Positions 8,536-19,366 of a stretch of 32,000 bases of DNA are shown here, piece by piece. Source of the DNA: Alphaproteobacteria bacterium (GTDB lineage Bacteria > Pseudomonadota > Alphaproteobacteria > BNTO01); NCBI GenBank assembly GCA_041200185.1, contig CP165730.1:304749-336748 (forward strand), in the 5' to 3' direction. Under the pieces are notes generated by a model. That model worked only from the letters and a program-made list of their open reading frames with translations. It made no database searches and had not been told where the DNA came from. The position numbers and the translations under genes are program-made. Each line of letters starts with the position of its first letter. The stretch's first letter is position 1.

Positions 8536-8916
8536 CTACCTTGTCGCAATCTTCTTACCCGCAATAGGAATAGCCTTCCCCTTACGAGTTCTTGCATTCG
8601 TGTGCGTTCTCTGGCCACGAACAGGTAACTTCTTCCGGTGACGCAACCCACGATAACACCCCAAATCCATAAGGCGCTTAATATTCATAGAAACTTCACG
8701 TCGCAGATCGCCTTCTACCTTAAACTCACCAGCATCAATGATCTCACGAATATGCAGTACCTCAGCATCCGTTAATTGGTGAACGCGTACGTCCGGCGAG
8801 ACTTTTGCTTTCTCCAAAATCTCTAACGCGTTCTTGGGGCCGATCCCATAAATGTAACGCAAAGCAATCCCCACCTTCTTCTGAGTTGGTATATTAACGC
8901 CAGCAATACGTGCCAC
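8536..8916 (-). CDS. rpsM: 30S ribosomal protein S13
   Basis: Starts [10 protein letters not shown]..., 126 aa. Confidence 0.96.
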   Translation of the reverse strand: MARIAGVNIPTQKKVGIALRYIYGIGPKNALEILEKAKVSPDVRVHQLTDAEVLHIREIIDAGEFKVEGDLRREVSMNIKRLMDLGCYRGLRHRKKLPVRGQRTHTNARTRKGKAIPIAGKKIATR

Positions 8917-8926
8917 TTTCTTCTCC

Positions 8927-9598
8927 TCAACAAACCAAACCTAACACATCCGAGACAACCGACCTCAGTTGCAAGGAAACCTCACTCACAGATCGCTCAC
9001 CTTGGATCTCAAACAAGCACTTCCTCTGCCTATAGTAGTCGAGGAGCGGCTCTGTCATTGTCCTATAATTCGCAAGACGCGTCAACACCGTCGCCCGTGC
9101 ATCATCATCTCGCCGCACAAACTCCTTCCCGCCACAGACGTCGCAAACACCCTCAACCTTGGGAAGAAGATACTTGTCGTTATAACCGCGGCCGCAGGCC
9201 TTACACGAAAACCTTCCAGAGATTCTGTCCAGTACAACATCGTCGGATACATTGAAAAACAGACATACTATATTCCATTCTTCTGAGGGCATTAGACGCC
9301 CCAGGCCTTCCGCTTGCACCAACGTTCTCGGAAAACCATCAAGCAAAACGCGCGGAGCATCTAACGATCTCAACGCATTCCCAACCGTCTCCAGAACAAT
9401 CTCGTCCGGAACCAAATTCCCCTGACCGCACAATTCCTTCACCTTCTGCCCCAGAGGCGATCCTGAAGCAATAGCCGCACGGAAAGCGTCGCCCACCGAA
9501 AACGAAGCAAACTGAAACTCCTCTTGCAAGACAGGAACCTGAGTCCCCTTCCCCGATCCCGGGGGACCGACAAAGATAATGGCTGTTCGAGAAATCAC
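8927..9598 (-). CDS. adk: adenylate kinase (four-Cys lid type)
   Basis: P-loop [10 protein letters not shown] and lid CKACG...CDVCGG. The GTG start overlaps the secY stop (GTGA at 9595-9598). Confidence 0.93.
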   Translation of the reverse strand: MISRTAIIFVGPPGSGKGTQVPVLQEEFQFASFSVGDAFRAAIASGSPLGQKVKELCGQGNLVPDEIVLETVGNALRSLDAPRVLLDGFPRTLVQAEGLGRLMPSEEWNIVCLFFNVSDDVVLDRISGRFSCKACGRGYNDKYLLPKVEGVCDVCGGKEFVRRDDDARATVLTRLANYRTMTEPLLDYYRQRKCLFEIQGERSVSEVSLQLRSVVSDVLGLVC

Positions 9599-10944
9599 GA
9601 CAGCCTCCCTTGGGCGCGCGCCTTACGGATTAGACCTTCATACTGATGCGCCATCAAATGAGACTGAATTTGGCTGATCGTATCAATGGTCACACTCACA
9701 ACGATCAAAATGCTCGTACCACCTATGAAGAACGGAAGAGAGAACCTCACAACAACAAATTCGGGAATAACGCACACCGCAGCCAGGTAAATTGACCCAA
9801 CTGTTGTTAACCGCGTCAACATATAGTCGATATACTCAGCCGTCTGCTGACCAGGACGAATCCCGGGAATATAACTGCCTGATTTACGCAAATTATCCGC
9901 TGTTTCTTGAGGGTTAAACATTAGTGCCGTGTAGAAGTAAGCAAAGAAAATTACCAACCCTACAAAGCAGAGGATATACAACGGCTGGGTCCTCTCAAAC
10001 AGACGAGTAAAGGTTCTCAACCAAGATGTCTCCGAAACACGCACGAATGTCACAAGAACCGCCGGGAAGGAAATTAACGACGACGCGAAGATCGGCGGAA
10101 TTACACCAGCACTATTGAGTTTCAACGGAAGGTGTGTCGTCTGCGCCACTGCCGGCATACCAACTGCCATTTGACGCTTTGGGTACTGAATAGGGATGCG
10201 TCTCTGGGCACGCTCCATAAACACCACAAAGTAAACGATCCCAACAATCCCCGCTAGGATAAGAAGAATGACCGGCACAGAAACTGTCCCCTGACGCCCA
10301 ACCGCTAAAGTCCGTCCAAGCGCCGATGGTAGGTTCGCAACAATACCAGCGTAAATAATAAGCGACGTTCCGTTTCCTATACCGCGGGATGTGATCTGGT
10401 CGCCAACCCACACAAGGAACATCGTGCTCCCCGTGAGAGTAAGCACCGTCATAATGCGGAAAAAGGCACCTGGAATGGTCACTGCCGCTGCTCCGTGTTG
10501 CCCACTTAAGTGCTCCAAGCCAGCCGCCACACCAAAAGCTTGAATGGCAGCCAAACCAATCGCTCCGTAACGCGTATAAAGACCAAGCTTCTTTCGGCCT
10601 GCTTCACCTTCCTTTTTTAAGGCCTCAAAAGAGGGGAAGACGGATGTCATCAACTGAACAATGATGCTGGCTGAGATATAAGGCACGATACCTAACGAGA
10701 ACATCGTCATACGACCAATAGCACCACCAGAAAACATATCTAAGACGCCAATGAACCCACCCTTGTTCTGACTCAAAAACTCAGCAATCACACTCGGGTT
10801 CACACCCGGCAAAGGAACATACGTTCCCAAACGACAAACAATAAGCGCCAACAGGGTAAACCAAACCCTCTTTTGCAAATCTTTAGCCTTACCTATAGCT
10901 TCCAGCGAGACGCCCGCCGCAAATTGTTCCATATCTGAAGCCAT
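9595..10944 (-). CDS. secY: preprotein translocase subunit SecY
   Basis: ORF 9595..10950 encodes a polytopic membrane protein with SecY motifs. GGGGAG lies 6 nt before ATG 10944 (MASDMEQ...). Confidence 0.95.
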   Translation of the reverse strand: MASDMEQFAAGVSLEAIGKAKDLQKRVWFTLLALIVCRLGTYVPLPGVNPSVIAEFLSQNKGGFIGVLDMFSGGAIGRMTMFSLGIVPYISASIIVQLMTSVFPSFEALKKEGEAGRKKLGLYTRYGAIGLAAIQAFGVAAGLEHLSGQHGAAAVTIPGAFFRIMTVLTLTGSTMFLVWVGDQITSRGIGNGTSLIIYAGIVANLPSALGRTLAVGRQGTVSVPVILLILAGIVGIVYFVVFMERAQRRIPIQYPKRQMAVGMPAVAQTTHLPLKLNSAGVIPPIFASSLISFPAVLVTFVRVSETSWLRTFTRLFERTQPLYILCFVGLVIFFAYFYTALMFNPQETADNLRKSGSYIPGIRPGQQTAEYIDYMLTRLTTVGSIYLAAVCVIPEFVVVRFSLPFFIGGTSILIVVSVTIDTISQIQSHLMAHQYEGLIRKARAQGRLS

Positions 10945-10968
10945 AAGCAACTCCCCTTTTCTCGAGCC

Positions 10969-11427
10969 TTAACCTATCGTAACTGTCCCGCCAGCCTTTT
11001 CAATAAGCTCTCTTGCCTTCTTTGATGCGCGCGTTACAACAAAGTTCAATTTCGCTGCCACTTCCCCCTTACAGATTAGCGACACACCCGCACAACTTTT
11101 TGAAACCATACCGTTATCGATTAAGAATTTAATGTCAACGGTTTGACCTTCCTTCAAAACGCCACGCTTCATGAGCGGCTCAAGCTTGCGATAATGCAGC
11201 TCATACAAAGGCTCAAAGTGCGACTTAAAACCACGCTTTGGAAGACGTCGATAAACAGGCATCTGACCGCCTTCGAATCCATTCAAAGACACGCCTGAAC
11301 GAGCCGTCTGCCCCTTACCACCACGACCTGAAGTTTTACCTAATCCAGAGCCAATACCACGACCAACAATCTTGCGCCGTGTCAAAGCCCCTTTCCTATC
11401 GCGAATCGTATTTAACCTAAAAGACAT
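10969..11427 (-). CDS. rplO: 50S ribosomal protein L15
   Basis: ...GRGIGSGLGKTSGRGGKGQ..., 152 aa. Confidence 0.95.
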   Translation of the reverse strand: MSFRLNTIRDRKGALTRRKIVGRGIGSGLGKTSGRGGKGQTARSGVSLNGFEGGQMPVYRRLPKRGFKSHFEPLYELHYRKLEPLMKRGVLKEGQTVDIKFLIDNGMVSKSCAGVSLICKGEVAAKLNFVVTRASKKARELIEKAGGTVTIG

Positions 11428-11435
11428 AGGACCCT

Positions 11436-11672
11436 CTACTCCTTAACACGAACCATGTGGCTCAGCCGCTCAACAAGCTTCATAACAGACGGAATCTTTG
11501 GTAAAACCTTCGTCTTCCCAACCCGTCCTAATCCCAACGACTTAAGCTGAAGACGTTGGACACCCGGCCGGCGAATGGCGCTACGGTACTGCTCCACCAC
11601 AACGGTCTCATCCGTCCAATCCGCGGGTCTTTTCTTTGTTGCCACGCTCACCTTCTTCTCATCTCCAGGCAT
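11436..11672 (-). CDS. rpmD: 50S ribosomal protein L30 (with N-terminal extension)
   Basis: The core VVVEQYRSAIRRPGVQRLQLKSLGLGRVGKTKVL...MVRVKE matches L30. GGAGG lies 5 nt before ATG 11672. GTG 11684 is an alternative start. Confidence 0.9.
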   Translation of the reverse strand: MPGDEKKVSVATKKRPADWTDETVVVEQYRSAIRRPGVQRLQLKSLGLGRVGKTKVLPKIPSVMKLVERLSHMVRVKE

Positions 11673-11686
11673 CTCACCCTCCACAC

Positions 11687-12277
11687 TTACTCGCGAATAA
11701 TATTCTCACCATTAGCCGCTGGCGTTTTCTTTGTCAAAAAGGCCTCGCGACGGCTCACGACATCACTCAGTTTCTTACCTAAACGGTTTGCAACACTACG
11801 CGGTGACGTCACCATTTGCAGCGCCCGAAATGTCGCCCGGACTACGTTATGGTAGTTCGGACTCCCTAGCGACTTTGCTACAATGTCCTGAATTCCTAGG
11901 GCTTCAAAAACAGCACGCATAGGCCCACCAGCAATCACGCCCGTACCAGCAACAGCACTACGCATCATCACGCGACCAGCTCCAACAGAACAAGTTACAT
12001 CATGATGCAAGGTACGTCCTTCGCGCATAGGAACACGGATCATCTCGCGACGCGCTTTCTCTGAAGCCTTACGGACAGCATCCGGCACCTCACGAGCCTT
12101 TCCTGTTCCGTATCCAACCTGCCCCTTACCGTCGCCAACAACAACGAGTGCAGAAAAACGCATCGTCTTACCACCCTTCACAACCTTCGTCACACGGCGA
12201 ACGCTGATCAATTTCTCGACTAACGGCTGCGCTTCTTCGCGTCCACGTTCTCTATTGCTATGTTCCGCTCTTGCCAT
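11687..12277 (-). CDS. rpsE: 30S ribosomal protein S5
   Basis: ...[35 protein letters not shown]..., 196 aa. Confidence 0.96.
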   Translation of the reverse strand: MARAEHSNRERGREEAQPLVEKLISVRRVTKVVKGGKTMRFSALVVVGDGKGQVGYGTGKAREVPDAVRKASEKARREMIRVPMREGRTLHHDVTCSVGAGRVMMRSAVAGTGVIAGGPMRAVFEALGIQDIVAKSLGSPNYHNVVRATFRALQMVTSPRSVANRLGKKLSDVVSRREAFLTKKTPAANGENIIRE

Positions 12278-12286
12278 AATCTTCCC

Positions 12287-12646
12287 TTAAAATACTAAAC
12301 CGTTTTCACGCGCACCATCAGCCAAAGCCTTAATACGTCCATGATACAAAAATCCAGACCTGTCAAAAACGACCTCAGAGATATTCAGGGCCTTAGCCTT
12401 CTCCGCGATCAACTTCCCAACAAGAGCCGCCGCCGCTTTATTGCCTCCGTTCTTGACGCCCTGTGCCTCCTTACTAAGAGTCGAGGCTGCCGCAAGCGTC
12501 TTAGCCTGCTTATCATCAATGATCTGAGCGTACATATGCCGCCCCGTTCTGTGAACGCACAAGCGATAACGATCCCCCAGCACGCGGCGAATCTTAGCAC
12601 GCTGCCGAATCTTTCTTCTTAAACGCAACTGAATGGATGACAACAT
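12287..12646 (-). CDS. rplR: 50S ribosomal protein L18
   Basis: ...[18 protein letters not shown]...[24 protein letters not shown]. Confidence 0.95.
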   Translation of the reverse strand: MLSSIQLRLRRKIRQRAKIRRVLGDRYRLCVHRTGRHMYAQIIDDKQAKTLAAASTLSKEAQGVKNGGNKAAAALVGKLIAEKAKALNISEVVFDRSGFLYHGRIKALADGARENGLVF

Positions 12647-12647
12647 A

Positions 12648-13181
12648 TTACTTTTTCTTCCCTTCTTTTCTCACAACGAACTCACCAGCTCGAATAACTC
12701 CCTTCCCTTTGTAAGGCTCGGGGCGACGATACGAACGCAAAAGAGCCGCGATAGCCCCCACTCTCTGCTTCGATGACGCCGTGATAGAAATCGAAGTTGG
12801 TTTCTCACACTTCACAACCACTCCTTGAGGAATGGCATAATCGATGTCATGACTATACCCTAACTGTAACGTCAATTTTGATCCTGACACCGCTGCCTTA
12901 TAACCTACACCCACGAGATCGAGGTTGACTGTGAACCCCTCAGACACACCATGAATGATGTTCGACAAAAGCCTTTGGACCGTCCCCCACATCGAGCGAG
13001 AATGACGGGAGTCATCCTTTGGACGAACTCTCAACCCACCTTCTACTTTCGAAACCTCTACGCAATCAGGAATTCGTAAGGAATCCTCACCTAGCTTACC
13101 TTTAAAACTGATCACATCCCCGTTCTGCGTCATGGTAACGGCGGCTGGAATATGAACATCATGCTTACCAACTCTCGACAT
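12648..13181 (-). CDS. rplF: 50S ribosomal protein L6
   Basis: Starts [12 protein letters not shown] and contains ...LVGVGYKA..., 177 aa. Confidence 0.95.
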   Translation of the reverse strand: MSRVGKHDVHIPAAVTMTQNGDVISFKGKLGEDSLRIPDCVEVSKVEGGLRVRPKDDSRHSRSMWGTVQRLLSNIIHGVSEGFTVNLDLVGVGYKAAVSGSKLTLQLGYSHDIDYAIPQGVVVKCEKPTSISITASSKQRVGAIAALLRSYRRPEPYKGKGVIRAGEFVVRKEGKKK

Positions 13182-13190
13182 TATGCCTCC

Positions 13191-13589
13191 CTAGAAAACA
13201 GAACACAAAACTTCGCCACCAGCCAAGACTTCTCTCGCCTTCACGTCGGACATAATACCCTTCGGTGTTGACAAGATGTTCATTCCCAAGCCGTTCTGAA
13301 CTGGCTTGAGCCGACGAACAGAAGAATACACCCGGCGCCCCGGCTTAGAAACACGCTTAATCATCTGTATCGCCCCCTGGCCTCCAACGTATTTCAGTGT
13401 AACGCGCAGACGATCGTAAGTTCCCTCTTGGTGTTCACGAACGACCGAAGAGATATACCCCTCCTCCACCAAAACATTCAGAACGGCCTCGCGTTCTTTT
13501 GATGCAGGAACGAGAATAAAAGCCTTTCTGGCCTTCTGGCCGTTGCGAATCCTTGTTAGCAAATCACCGATAGGATCTAGAATTAGCAT
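13191..13589 (-). CDS. rpsH: 30S ribosomal protein S8
   Basis: ...DPIGDLLTRIRNGQ..., 132 aa. Confidence 0.95.
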   Translation of the reverse strand: MLILDPIGDLLTRIRNGQKARKAFILVPASKEREAVLNVLVEEGYISSVVREHQEGTYDRLRVTLKYVGGQGAIQMIKRVSKPGRRVYSSVRRLKPVQNGLGMNILSTPKGIMSDVKAREVLAGGEVLCSVF

Positions 13590-13603
13590 AACTTATTACT
13601 CCC

Positions 13604-13909
13604 TCACCAACTCGCCTTCGTAACACCCGGCAGCAAACCTGACAACGCACATTCCCTTAGCGCCAAACGCGACATATGAAACTTTCTGTAGAACCCGCGA
13701 GGACGCCCTGTGATCTCACAGCGATTCCTATAACGAATACGCGACGAATTCCTTGGCATTTCAGCGAGCTTATGGACCAAACGCAATCTCTCTTCAAAAT
13801 CCATCGACTTGTCCGCAATCTTCGCCTTCAAAGCTGCGCGCGTCGCTGCCTTAGATTGCGCGAGCCGCATCCTCTTTTTGTTATTCTCTATGGAACTTAA
13901 CTTTGCCAT
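13604..13909 (-). CDS. rpsN: 30S ribosomal protein S14 (long form)
   Basis: 101 aa, with ...[28 protein letters not shown]... Confidence 0.95.
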   Translation of the reverse strand: MAKLSSIENNKKRMRLAQSKAATRAALKAKIADKSMDFEERLRLVHKLAEMPRNSSRIRYRNRCEITGRPRGFYRKFHMSRLALRECALSGLLPGVTKASW

Positions 13910-13916
13910 ACACCCT

Positions 13917-14477
13917 CTACAGATCCCTAACTATCGGTAAATTAATCGCCTTCAGCAAAGCCAAAGTCGCCTTATCATTTTTAGCCGTTGTACAAACCGT
14001 CACATCCAACCCACGAATCTTATCAACGCGGTCGTAATTGATTTCTGGGAAGATAATCTGCTCCTTAATACCGAAAGAGTAATTCCCATGCCCATCCAAG
14101 CTCTTTGCCGAAAAACCGTGGAAGTCTCGGATACGCGGCAGAGCAATATTGATTAAGCGGTCTAGGAACTCATACATCCTATCCTTACGCAGCGTCACCC
14201 TCGCACCAATCGGCATCCCTACACGGATCTTGAACGTTGCAATCGACTTCTTCGCAAACGTCGGCACAGCCTTCTGGCCAGCAATCAACGTGAGCTCCTC
14301 GAGGGCAATATCCAGCTTCTTGCTGTCCTGTGCAGCCTCGCCAACACCCATGTTGAGAACAACCTTCGTAATGTGTGGGATCTCATAAGGGTTCTTGATC
14401 TCCAAACTCTGCTTTAAGAACCCAACGATCTCATTTTCAAAGCGTTGTTTTAATCCGTTTTTTAATACGTTTTCCAC
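13917..14477 (-). CDS. rplE: 50S ribosomal protein L5
   Basis: ...[13 protein letters not shown]... and ...[16 protein letters not shown]..., with a GTG start after AAGGAA. Confidence 0.95.
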   Translation of the reverse strand: MENVLKNGLKQRFENEIVGFLKQSLEIKNPYEIPHITKVVLNMGVGEAAQDSKKLDIALEELTLIAGQKAVPTFAKKSIATFKIRVGMPIGARVTLRKDRMYEFLDRLINIALPRIRDFHGFSAKSLDGHGNYSFGIKEQIIFPEINYDRVDKIRGLDVTVCTTAKNDKATLALLKAINLPIVRDL

Positions 14478-14536
14478 TTCCTTACCCTCAATATTCGACG
14501 TAACAGCGTCAGAATCAGATAAACTCCTTAAAATAA

Positions 14537-14872
14537 CTACCTCTTAGGCTCCTCCACGACCCGGCCTGACTTTTTGAAGTAACGCTCCTTTTTGCCAGCC
14601 TCGTTGAAGCGATACCCAACACGCCCTATTAGGTCTGATTCAGGATCTACCAAAGCCACATTCGAAATGTGAATAGGTAAATTCTTAGCGATCCTTCCGT
14701 TGGGGTGAGCCTGACTTGGGCGAATAAACCGTACAACAGAACGCACGCCCTCAACAATCACCTTGGCTTCATCCAAGAGGACCTTCAGTACGACACCCGT
14801 CTTGCCCTTATCGCGCCCAACCATTACTTTGACGAAATCACCTTTTTTGATTTTAAACCTAGCTTGCGTCAT
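14537..14872 (-). CDS. rplX: 50S ribosomal protein L24
   Basis: [20 protein letters not shown]... The ATG overlaps the rplN stop by 1 nt (TAATG). Confidence 0.95.
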   Translation of the reverse strand: MTQARFKIKKGDFVKVMVGRDKGKTGVVLKVLLDEAKVIVEGVRSVVRFIRPSQAHPNGRIAKNLPIHISNVALVDPESDLIGRVGYRFNEAGKKERYFKKSGRVVEEPKR

Positions 14873-15240
14873 TATAACACCTCCGGCGCTAAGGACATGA
14901 TCTTTGTCTGCCCACAGGCACGTAACTCTCTTGTCACAGGGCCAAAAATACGCGTCCCGATTGGCTCATTCTGCTTGGTAAGCAACACGGCTGCATTTGA
15001 GTCGAAGGCGATCAACGATCCATCAGGCCTTTTAAGCGGTTGGCGCGTACGAACGATAACCGCCCTTAGCACTTCGCCCGGCTTCACCTTTCCGCGAGGA
15101 ATGGCATCTTTAACTGATACCACAATAACATCCCCCACCGAAGCATAGCGACGCTTGGAACCACCCAAGACCTTAATGCACATAACTTCCTTCGCACCGG
15201 AATTATCAGCAACTTCCAAACGGGTCTGAACCTGAATCAT
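14872..15240 (-). CDS. rplN: 50S ribosomal protein L14
   Basis: Starts [17 protein letters not shown]..., 122 aa. Confidence 0.97.
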   Translation of the reverse strand: MIQVQTRLEVADNSGAKEVMCIKVLGGSKRRYASVGDVIVVSVKDAIPRGKVKPGEVLRAVIVRTRQPLKRPDGSLIAFDSNAAVLLTKQNEPIGTRIFGPVTRELRACGQTKIMSLAPEVL

Positions 15241-15265
15241 AACAACCTACCTAACCAAAACTGCA

Positions 15266-15493
15266 TCACTCAACAACGACCCACTTCTTCATCTTAGAGA
15301 TCGGCCGCGACTCCAAAATCTTCACCGAATCCCCCACCTTGAAGCGGTTGTTTTCATCATGAGCGTGATACTTCTCGTGACAACGAATCTTTTTTCCATA
15401 CAGGGGATGCAATACACTTCTCTCCACACGCACCACAACGGTCTTATTACCCTTATCACTCACAACCGTTCCTGATAACATCCTACGTGGCAT
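15266..15493 (-). CDS. rpsQ: 30S ribosomal protein S17
   Basis: 75 aa, with ...[18 protein letters not shown]...HDENN...GD.V.I.E.RP.SK.K.W. Confidence 0.94.
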   Translation of the reverse strand: MPRRMLSGTVVSDKGNKTVVVRVERSVLHPLYGKKIRCHEKYHAHDENNRFKVGDSVKILESRPISKMKKWVVVE

Positions 15494-15495
15494 AA

Positions 15496-15696
15496 TTACG
15501 CCCCCTTCTCACTTTTAACTTGCGCCAAGCGCGTCAGGATCCTTGCGATATCGCGACGAACTTCGCGCATCTTGTGTGGTTTAAACTCTTGCCCCGTCCG
15601 CATTTGAACCCGCATACCAAACTGCTCTTTCTTGCGCTCCTCTAACAACTTGTAGAGCTCGGAAAGATTTTTCTCCTTCAAACTTGAAAATAACAT
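15496..15696 (-). CDS. rpmC: 50S ribosomal protein L29
   Basis: 66 aa, ...[19 protein letters not shown]..., in the expected operon position. Confidence 0.92.
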   Translation of the reverse strand: MLFSSLKEKNLSELYKLLEERKKEQFGMRVQMRTGQEFKPHKMREVRRDIARILTRLAQVKSEKGA

Positions 15697-15704
15697 ACTC
15701 CCCT

Positions 15705-16118
15705 CTAAGCTCCAATACGCGCCACAAACTTCGTATCAATCGGCAACTTCTCCGAAGCAAGACTAAAGGCCTCACGAGCCACCTCTTCTGAAACACCATT
15801 TAGCTCAAACAGAATCCGTCCAGGCTTAACACGACAAACCCAAAACTCTGGCGAACCCTTCCCGCTACCCATACGGACCTCAGCAGGCTTCTTGGAAACG
15901 GGAATATCCGGGAAGATCCGAATCCACAACTTTCCAACACGCCGCATATGACGAGTGATAGCGCGACGGGCTGACTCGATTTGCCGCGCCGTAATTCGCG
16001 CAGGCTCAATAGCCTTTAACCCATACGTCCCAAAAGCAACCGTCGCACCCGACCTGGCATTGCCGTGAATACGCCCCTTAAAGGCCTTTCTATATTTTGT
16101 CTTCTTTGGCGATAACAT
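15705..16118 (-). CDS. rplP: 50S ribosomal protein L16
   Basis: Starts [16 protein letters not shown]..., 137 aa. Confidence 0.96.
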   Translation of the reverse strand: MLSPKKTKYRKAFKGRIHGNARSGATVAFGTYGLKAIEPARITARQIESARRAITRHMRRVGKLWIRIFPDIPVSKKPAEVRMGSGKGSPEFWVCRVKPGRILFELNGVSEEVAREAFSLASEKLPIDTKFVARIGA

Positions 16119-16140
16119 GTTAAAAACCCTCGACCTCTAA

Positions 16141-16800
16141 CTACGCTGTCCTACGCTCCTTGCCAGCTAAATCATACCCCTTCTGGTCACCTTTATAGAC
16201 CCAGACCTTGATGCCGCACGTGCCATACGTTGTCTTCGCAACCCCTAAGCCAAAATCGACATCCGACTTCAGGGTATGCAAAGGAACACGCCCTTCGCGG
16301 TACCACTCCATGCGTGCAATCTCCGCGCCACCAAGACGCCCCGAGCAATTCACGCGAATCCCCAAAGCCCCCAAGCGCATAGCCGACTGCATAGCTTTTT
16401 TCATGGCCCGACGGAAAGAGACGCGTCTCTCGATCTGCTGTGCGATACTATCCGCGATCAACTTCGCGTCCACCTCAGGCTTGCGAACCTCAACGATATT
16501 AATCGAAACTTCCGCATCCGTCATTTTCGAAAGAGCTTTCTTTAGTTTCTCAATATCAGCACCCTTCTTACCAATCAAAACCCCAGGTCTAGCCGCGTGG
16601 ATATTTAAGAGAATCTTCTTCTCCAAGCGCTCAATAACAATCCGCGAAATACCTGCCTGAGACAACTCCTTACGGATATAATCGCGAATCTTGAAGTCCT
16701 GGTGAAGGAAACGAGCGTAATCCCTATTACTAACCCAACAAGAATCCCACGTTCTGTTAATACCCAGGCGCATGCCTATTGGATTTACCTTTTGCCCCAC
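16141..16800 (-). CDS. rpsC: 30S ribosomal protein S3
   Basis: Starts [13 protein letters not shown]..., 219 aa. Confidence 0.96.
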   Translation of the reverse strand: MGQKVNPIGMRLGINRTWDSCWVSNRDYARFLHQDFKIRDYIRKELSQAGISRIVIERLEKKILLNIHAARPGVLIGKKGADIEKLKKALSKMTDAEVSINIVEVRKPEVDAKLIADSIAQQIERRVSFRRAMKKAMQSAMRLGALGIRVNCSGRLGGAEIARMEWYREGRVPLHTLKSDVDFGLGVAKTTYGTCGIKVWVYKGDQKGYDLAGKERRTA

Positions 16801-16803
16801 AGT

Positions 16804-17208
16804 CTACTCCTCTACTTTCTTATCTTCAATTTTGTCAGCCTTTGCCGCTTTTGGTGCCGACTCAACTATCCGCTCAGCCACTTTGATGCACAGGTGCGAA
16901 AACATCTTGCGAATCCCAGCACCACGCCCCTTAGCGCGAGCTCGGAAACGACGCAAACACATCCCCTTACCAACATAAGACTCAACGATCACCAAGGAAT
17001 CGATATCCATCCCGTGATTATTCTCCGCATTGGCCATAGCCGAAAGGACTGCCTTTCTCACATCCACAGCCACCCTTTTAGGGCACACCGTCAGATAATC
17101 TAAAGCTGCCTGCGCAGACATCCCGCGAATACGCGCCGCGACAAGGTTCATCTTTTGCGGACTCACGCGAACCATTCTTAAGTTGGCCTGTGCAATGACT
17201 CTACTCAT
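16804..17208 (-). CDS. rplV: 50S ribosomal protein L22
   Basis: ...VSPQKMNLVAARIRGM... with a Lys/Glu-rich C-terminal tail, 134 aa. Confidence 0.94.
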   Translation of the reverse strand: MSRVIAQANLRMVRVSPQKMNLVAARIRGMSAQAALDYLTVCPKRVAVDVRKAVLSAMANAENNHGMDIDSLVIVESYVGKGMCLRRFRARAKGRGAGIRKMFSHLCIKVAERIVESAPKAAKADKIEDKKVEE

Positions 17209-17212
17209 TTTT

Positions 17213-17491
17213 CTAACCCTTCTTTACTTTCTTGTCGGCCCCATGACCGTAATACGTACGCGTCGGAGCGAATTCGCCTAACTTGTGCCCCACCATATTC
17301 TCCGTCACAAAAACGGGGATGAACTTGTGCCCGTTATGAACACCGAAAGTCACACCCACAAACTGAGGGATCACCGTTGAACGACGAGACCAGGTCTTAA
17401 TAACGTCCTTACGCCCCGAGGACAGCACAGCCTCAACTTTCTTTAACAGATACCTATCAAAAAAAGGCCCTTTCCAAACTGATCTTGCCAC
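17213..17491 (-). CDS. rpsS: 30S ribosomal protein S19
   Basis: Starts [10 protein letters not shown]..., with a GTG start after GAGGAGAGG. Confidence 0.96.
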   Translation of the reverse strand: MARSVWKGPFFDRYLLKKVEAVLSSGRKDVIKTWSRRSTVIPQFVGVTFGVHNGHKFIPVFVTENMVGHKLGEFAPTRTYYGHGADKKVKKG

Positions 17492-17544
17492 TCTATCCTC
17501 TCCTCAAGACACCTGACACTAAACTTCCCCCAGACAACTCTTAA

Positions 17545-17573
17545 TTCTTACGCGTTTCCGCATAAAAAGTCAA
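17545..17573 (-). promoter_or_regulatory. candidate internal sigma70-type promoter in the rplB-rpsS spacer
   Basis: The minus strand reads TTGACT (17573-17568), a 17-nt spacer, then TAAGAA(T) (17550-17545). The -10 is imperfect. The layout resembles the str promoter in this window. Confidence 0.25.
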
Positions 17574-17579
17574 GGCTAC

Positions 17580-18392
17580 CTACTTCCTCCTCCGAACAAT
17601 GTACTTATCTGTCGACTTATTTCGACGGGTCTTATACCCCTTCGTACTCACACCCCAAGGCGTACAAGGATGGCGACCACCATTCGTACGACCTCCATGA
17701 GGGTGGTCGACTGGGTTCATGGCAATACCACGCGTCTGAGGTCGAACACCACGCCAACGCATACGCCCTGCTTTGGCATCGTTACGGTTCTGGTTGTCAG
17801 CATTTGACACCTCGCCCACCGTTGCACGACACTCACCCCGAACTAAACGTACCTCACCCGACGGAGACTTCAAAATAACATGAACCCCGTCACGCCCAAC
17901 AATCTGAACACTCGTTCCTGCGGAACGCGCCAACTGACCGCCCTTGCCAATCTTCAACTCGACGTTGTGAACAACCGTTCCGAGCGGAATATTTTTGAGA
18001 AGCATGCAGTTGCCGACTTTAACATCCGTTTTTACCCCGGAGATAACCTGATCTCCAGAAGCCAAATGATTCGGTGCGAGGATATATCTATACTCACCAT
18101 CCTCATACTTAACCAATGCAATAAATGCCGTCCGGTTTGGATCGTACTCAATGCGCTCCACAACGCCCTTAACGTCATCTTTGTTGCGAACAAAATCAAT
18201 CATGCGGTACAGGCGCTTATGCCCCCCTCCGCGGTGACGGCTGGTAATATGGCCGTGATTATTCCGCCCACCTGTCTGACTCATACCGTGAGTCAAGGCC
18301 TTAAAGGGGCGCCCCTTCCACAGACCCGAGCGGTCGATGTTCACCAGCTGACGTTGTGACGACGTCGTGGGATTATATTGCTTCAAGGCCAT
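17580..18392 (-). CDS. rplB: 50S ribosomal protein L2
   Basis: [15 protein letters not shown]...HPHGGG-type core ([12 protein letters not shown]), 270 aa. Confidence 0.96.
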   Translation of the reverse strand: MALKQYNPTTSSQRQLVNIDRSGLWKGRPFKALTHGMSQTGGRNNHGHITSRHRGGGHKRLYRMIDFVRNKDDVKGVVERIEYDPNRTAFIALVKYEDGEYRYILAPNHLASGDQVISGVKTDVKVGNCMLLKNIPLGTVVHNVELKIGKGGQLARSAGTSVQIVGRDGVHVILKSPSGEVRLVRGECRATVGEVSNADNQNRNDAKAGRMRWRGVRPQTRGIAMNPVDHPHGGRTNGGRHPCTPWGVSTKGYKTRRNKSTDKYIVRRRK

Positions 18393-18396
18393 GATT

Positions 18397-18732
18397 CTAC
18401 ACTCCCGTCATAAAGTTAATGCTCTCACCAGGCTCCAAACGAACCATGGCTCTCTTTTTATCCGACAACAAAGCGCGACGTCCGCGGAAGGTTTTTAGCT
18501 TTCCCTTCCGAACGGCCGTGTTGACCGACTTAACCTTGACACCAAAGACGCGCTCGACGGCTTGCTTAATATCCTGTTTCGTCGCCGTATTTTGAACGAC
18601 GAAAAAATACTGATTCGACTCACCTACAAGCGTCGACTTTTCTGTCGTTACCGGATAGCGCAAAATATCGTAATCCGAAAAGACCACCCGGCCGGCCTCC
18701 TGCTTTCCCTTCACAACCTGCTGATTTTTCAT
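18397..18732 (-). CDS. rplW: 50S ribosomal protein L23
   Basis: ...[13 protein letters not shown]... and ...[10 protein letters not shown]..., 111 aa. Confidence 0.93.
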   Translation of the reverse strand: MKNQQVVKGKQEAGRVVFSDYDILRYPVTTEKSTLVGESNQYFFVVQNTATKQDIKQAVERVFGVKVKSVNTAVRKGKLKTFRGRRALLSDKKRAMVRLEPGESINFMTGV

Positions 18733-18733
18733 G

Positions 18734-19348
18734 TTATAGCCTCGCTTCCAACATTTGAACCGCCGACTGAGTCAGGAACAAATGCTCTTTTCTTAAGATG
18801 TCAAACACGTTCAAGCCAATTTGCGGCAAGATATCGTAACCACGATAGTTGCGGATCGCCTGCCTGGCATTATCCCCAACATCTCCATCCACAAACAAGG
18901 CGGAATGAACCCCTTTTGTCTCAAACGCTGGAGCAAAATCGCGAACCTTACAAGATTTGAGATCGAGGTCTTTCAGGATGACCAGCTCATTCGAGCGGAT
19001 TTTATCAGCAATCGCCATCCGTAAGCCGAGCCGACGTACCTTTTTCTGAAGCGAGTATCCATGATTACGCGGCGTAGGACCAAAGACGATTCCTCCACCA
19101 CGGAACTGAGTTGCACGCTTCGCACCGTGACGAGCGCCACCCGTGCCCTTCTGACGAACGATCTTCTTACCCGAACCACTCACCATACTGATTGTCTTGA
19201 CTTGATGTGTACCAGCCCGGCGTTTTGCCAACTGCCAGCGGACAACACGACTCAAAATATCTTCTCGCGGATCCAACGCAAACAGCGCATCGCTGAGCTC
19301 CATAGAGCCGCTTGGCTGATATTGGTGATCAAAAACCTCGACTTTCAT
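18734..19348 (-). CDS. rplD: 50S ribosomal protein L4
   Basis: ...SGSGKKIVRQKGTGGARHG..., 204 aa. Confidence 0.95.
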   Translation of the reverse strand: MKVEVFDHQYQPSGSMELSDALFALDPREDILSRVVRWQLAKRRAGTHQVKTISMVSGSGKKIVRQKGTGGARHGAKRATQFRGGGIVFGPTPRNHGYSLQKKVRRLGLRMAIADKIRSNELVILKDLDLKSCKVRDFAPAFETKGVHSALFVDGDVGDNARQAIRNYRGYDILPQIGLNVFDILRKEHLFLTQSAVQMLEARL

Positions 19349-19366
19349 ACCACTTATCCTAACCTT

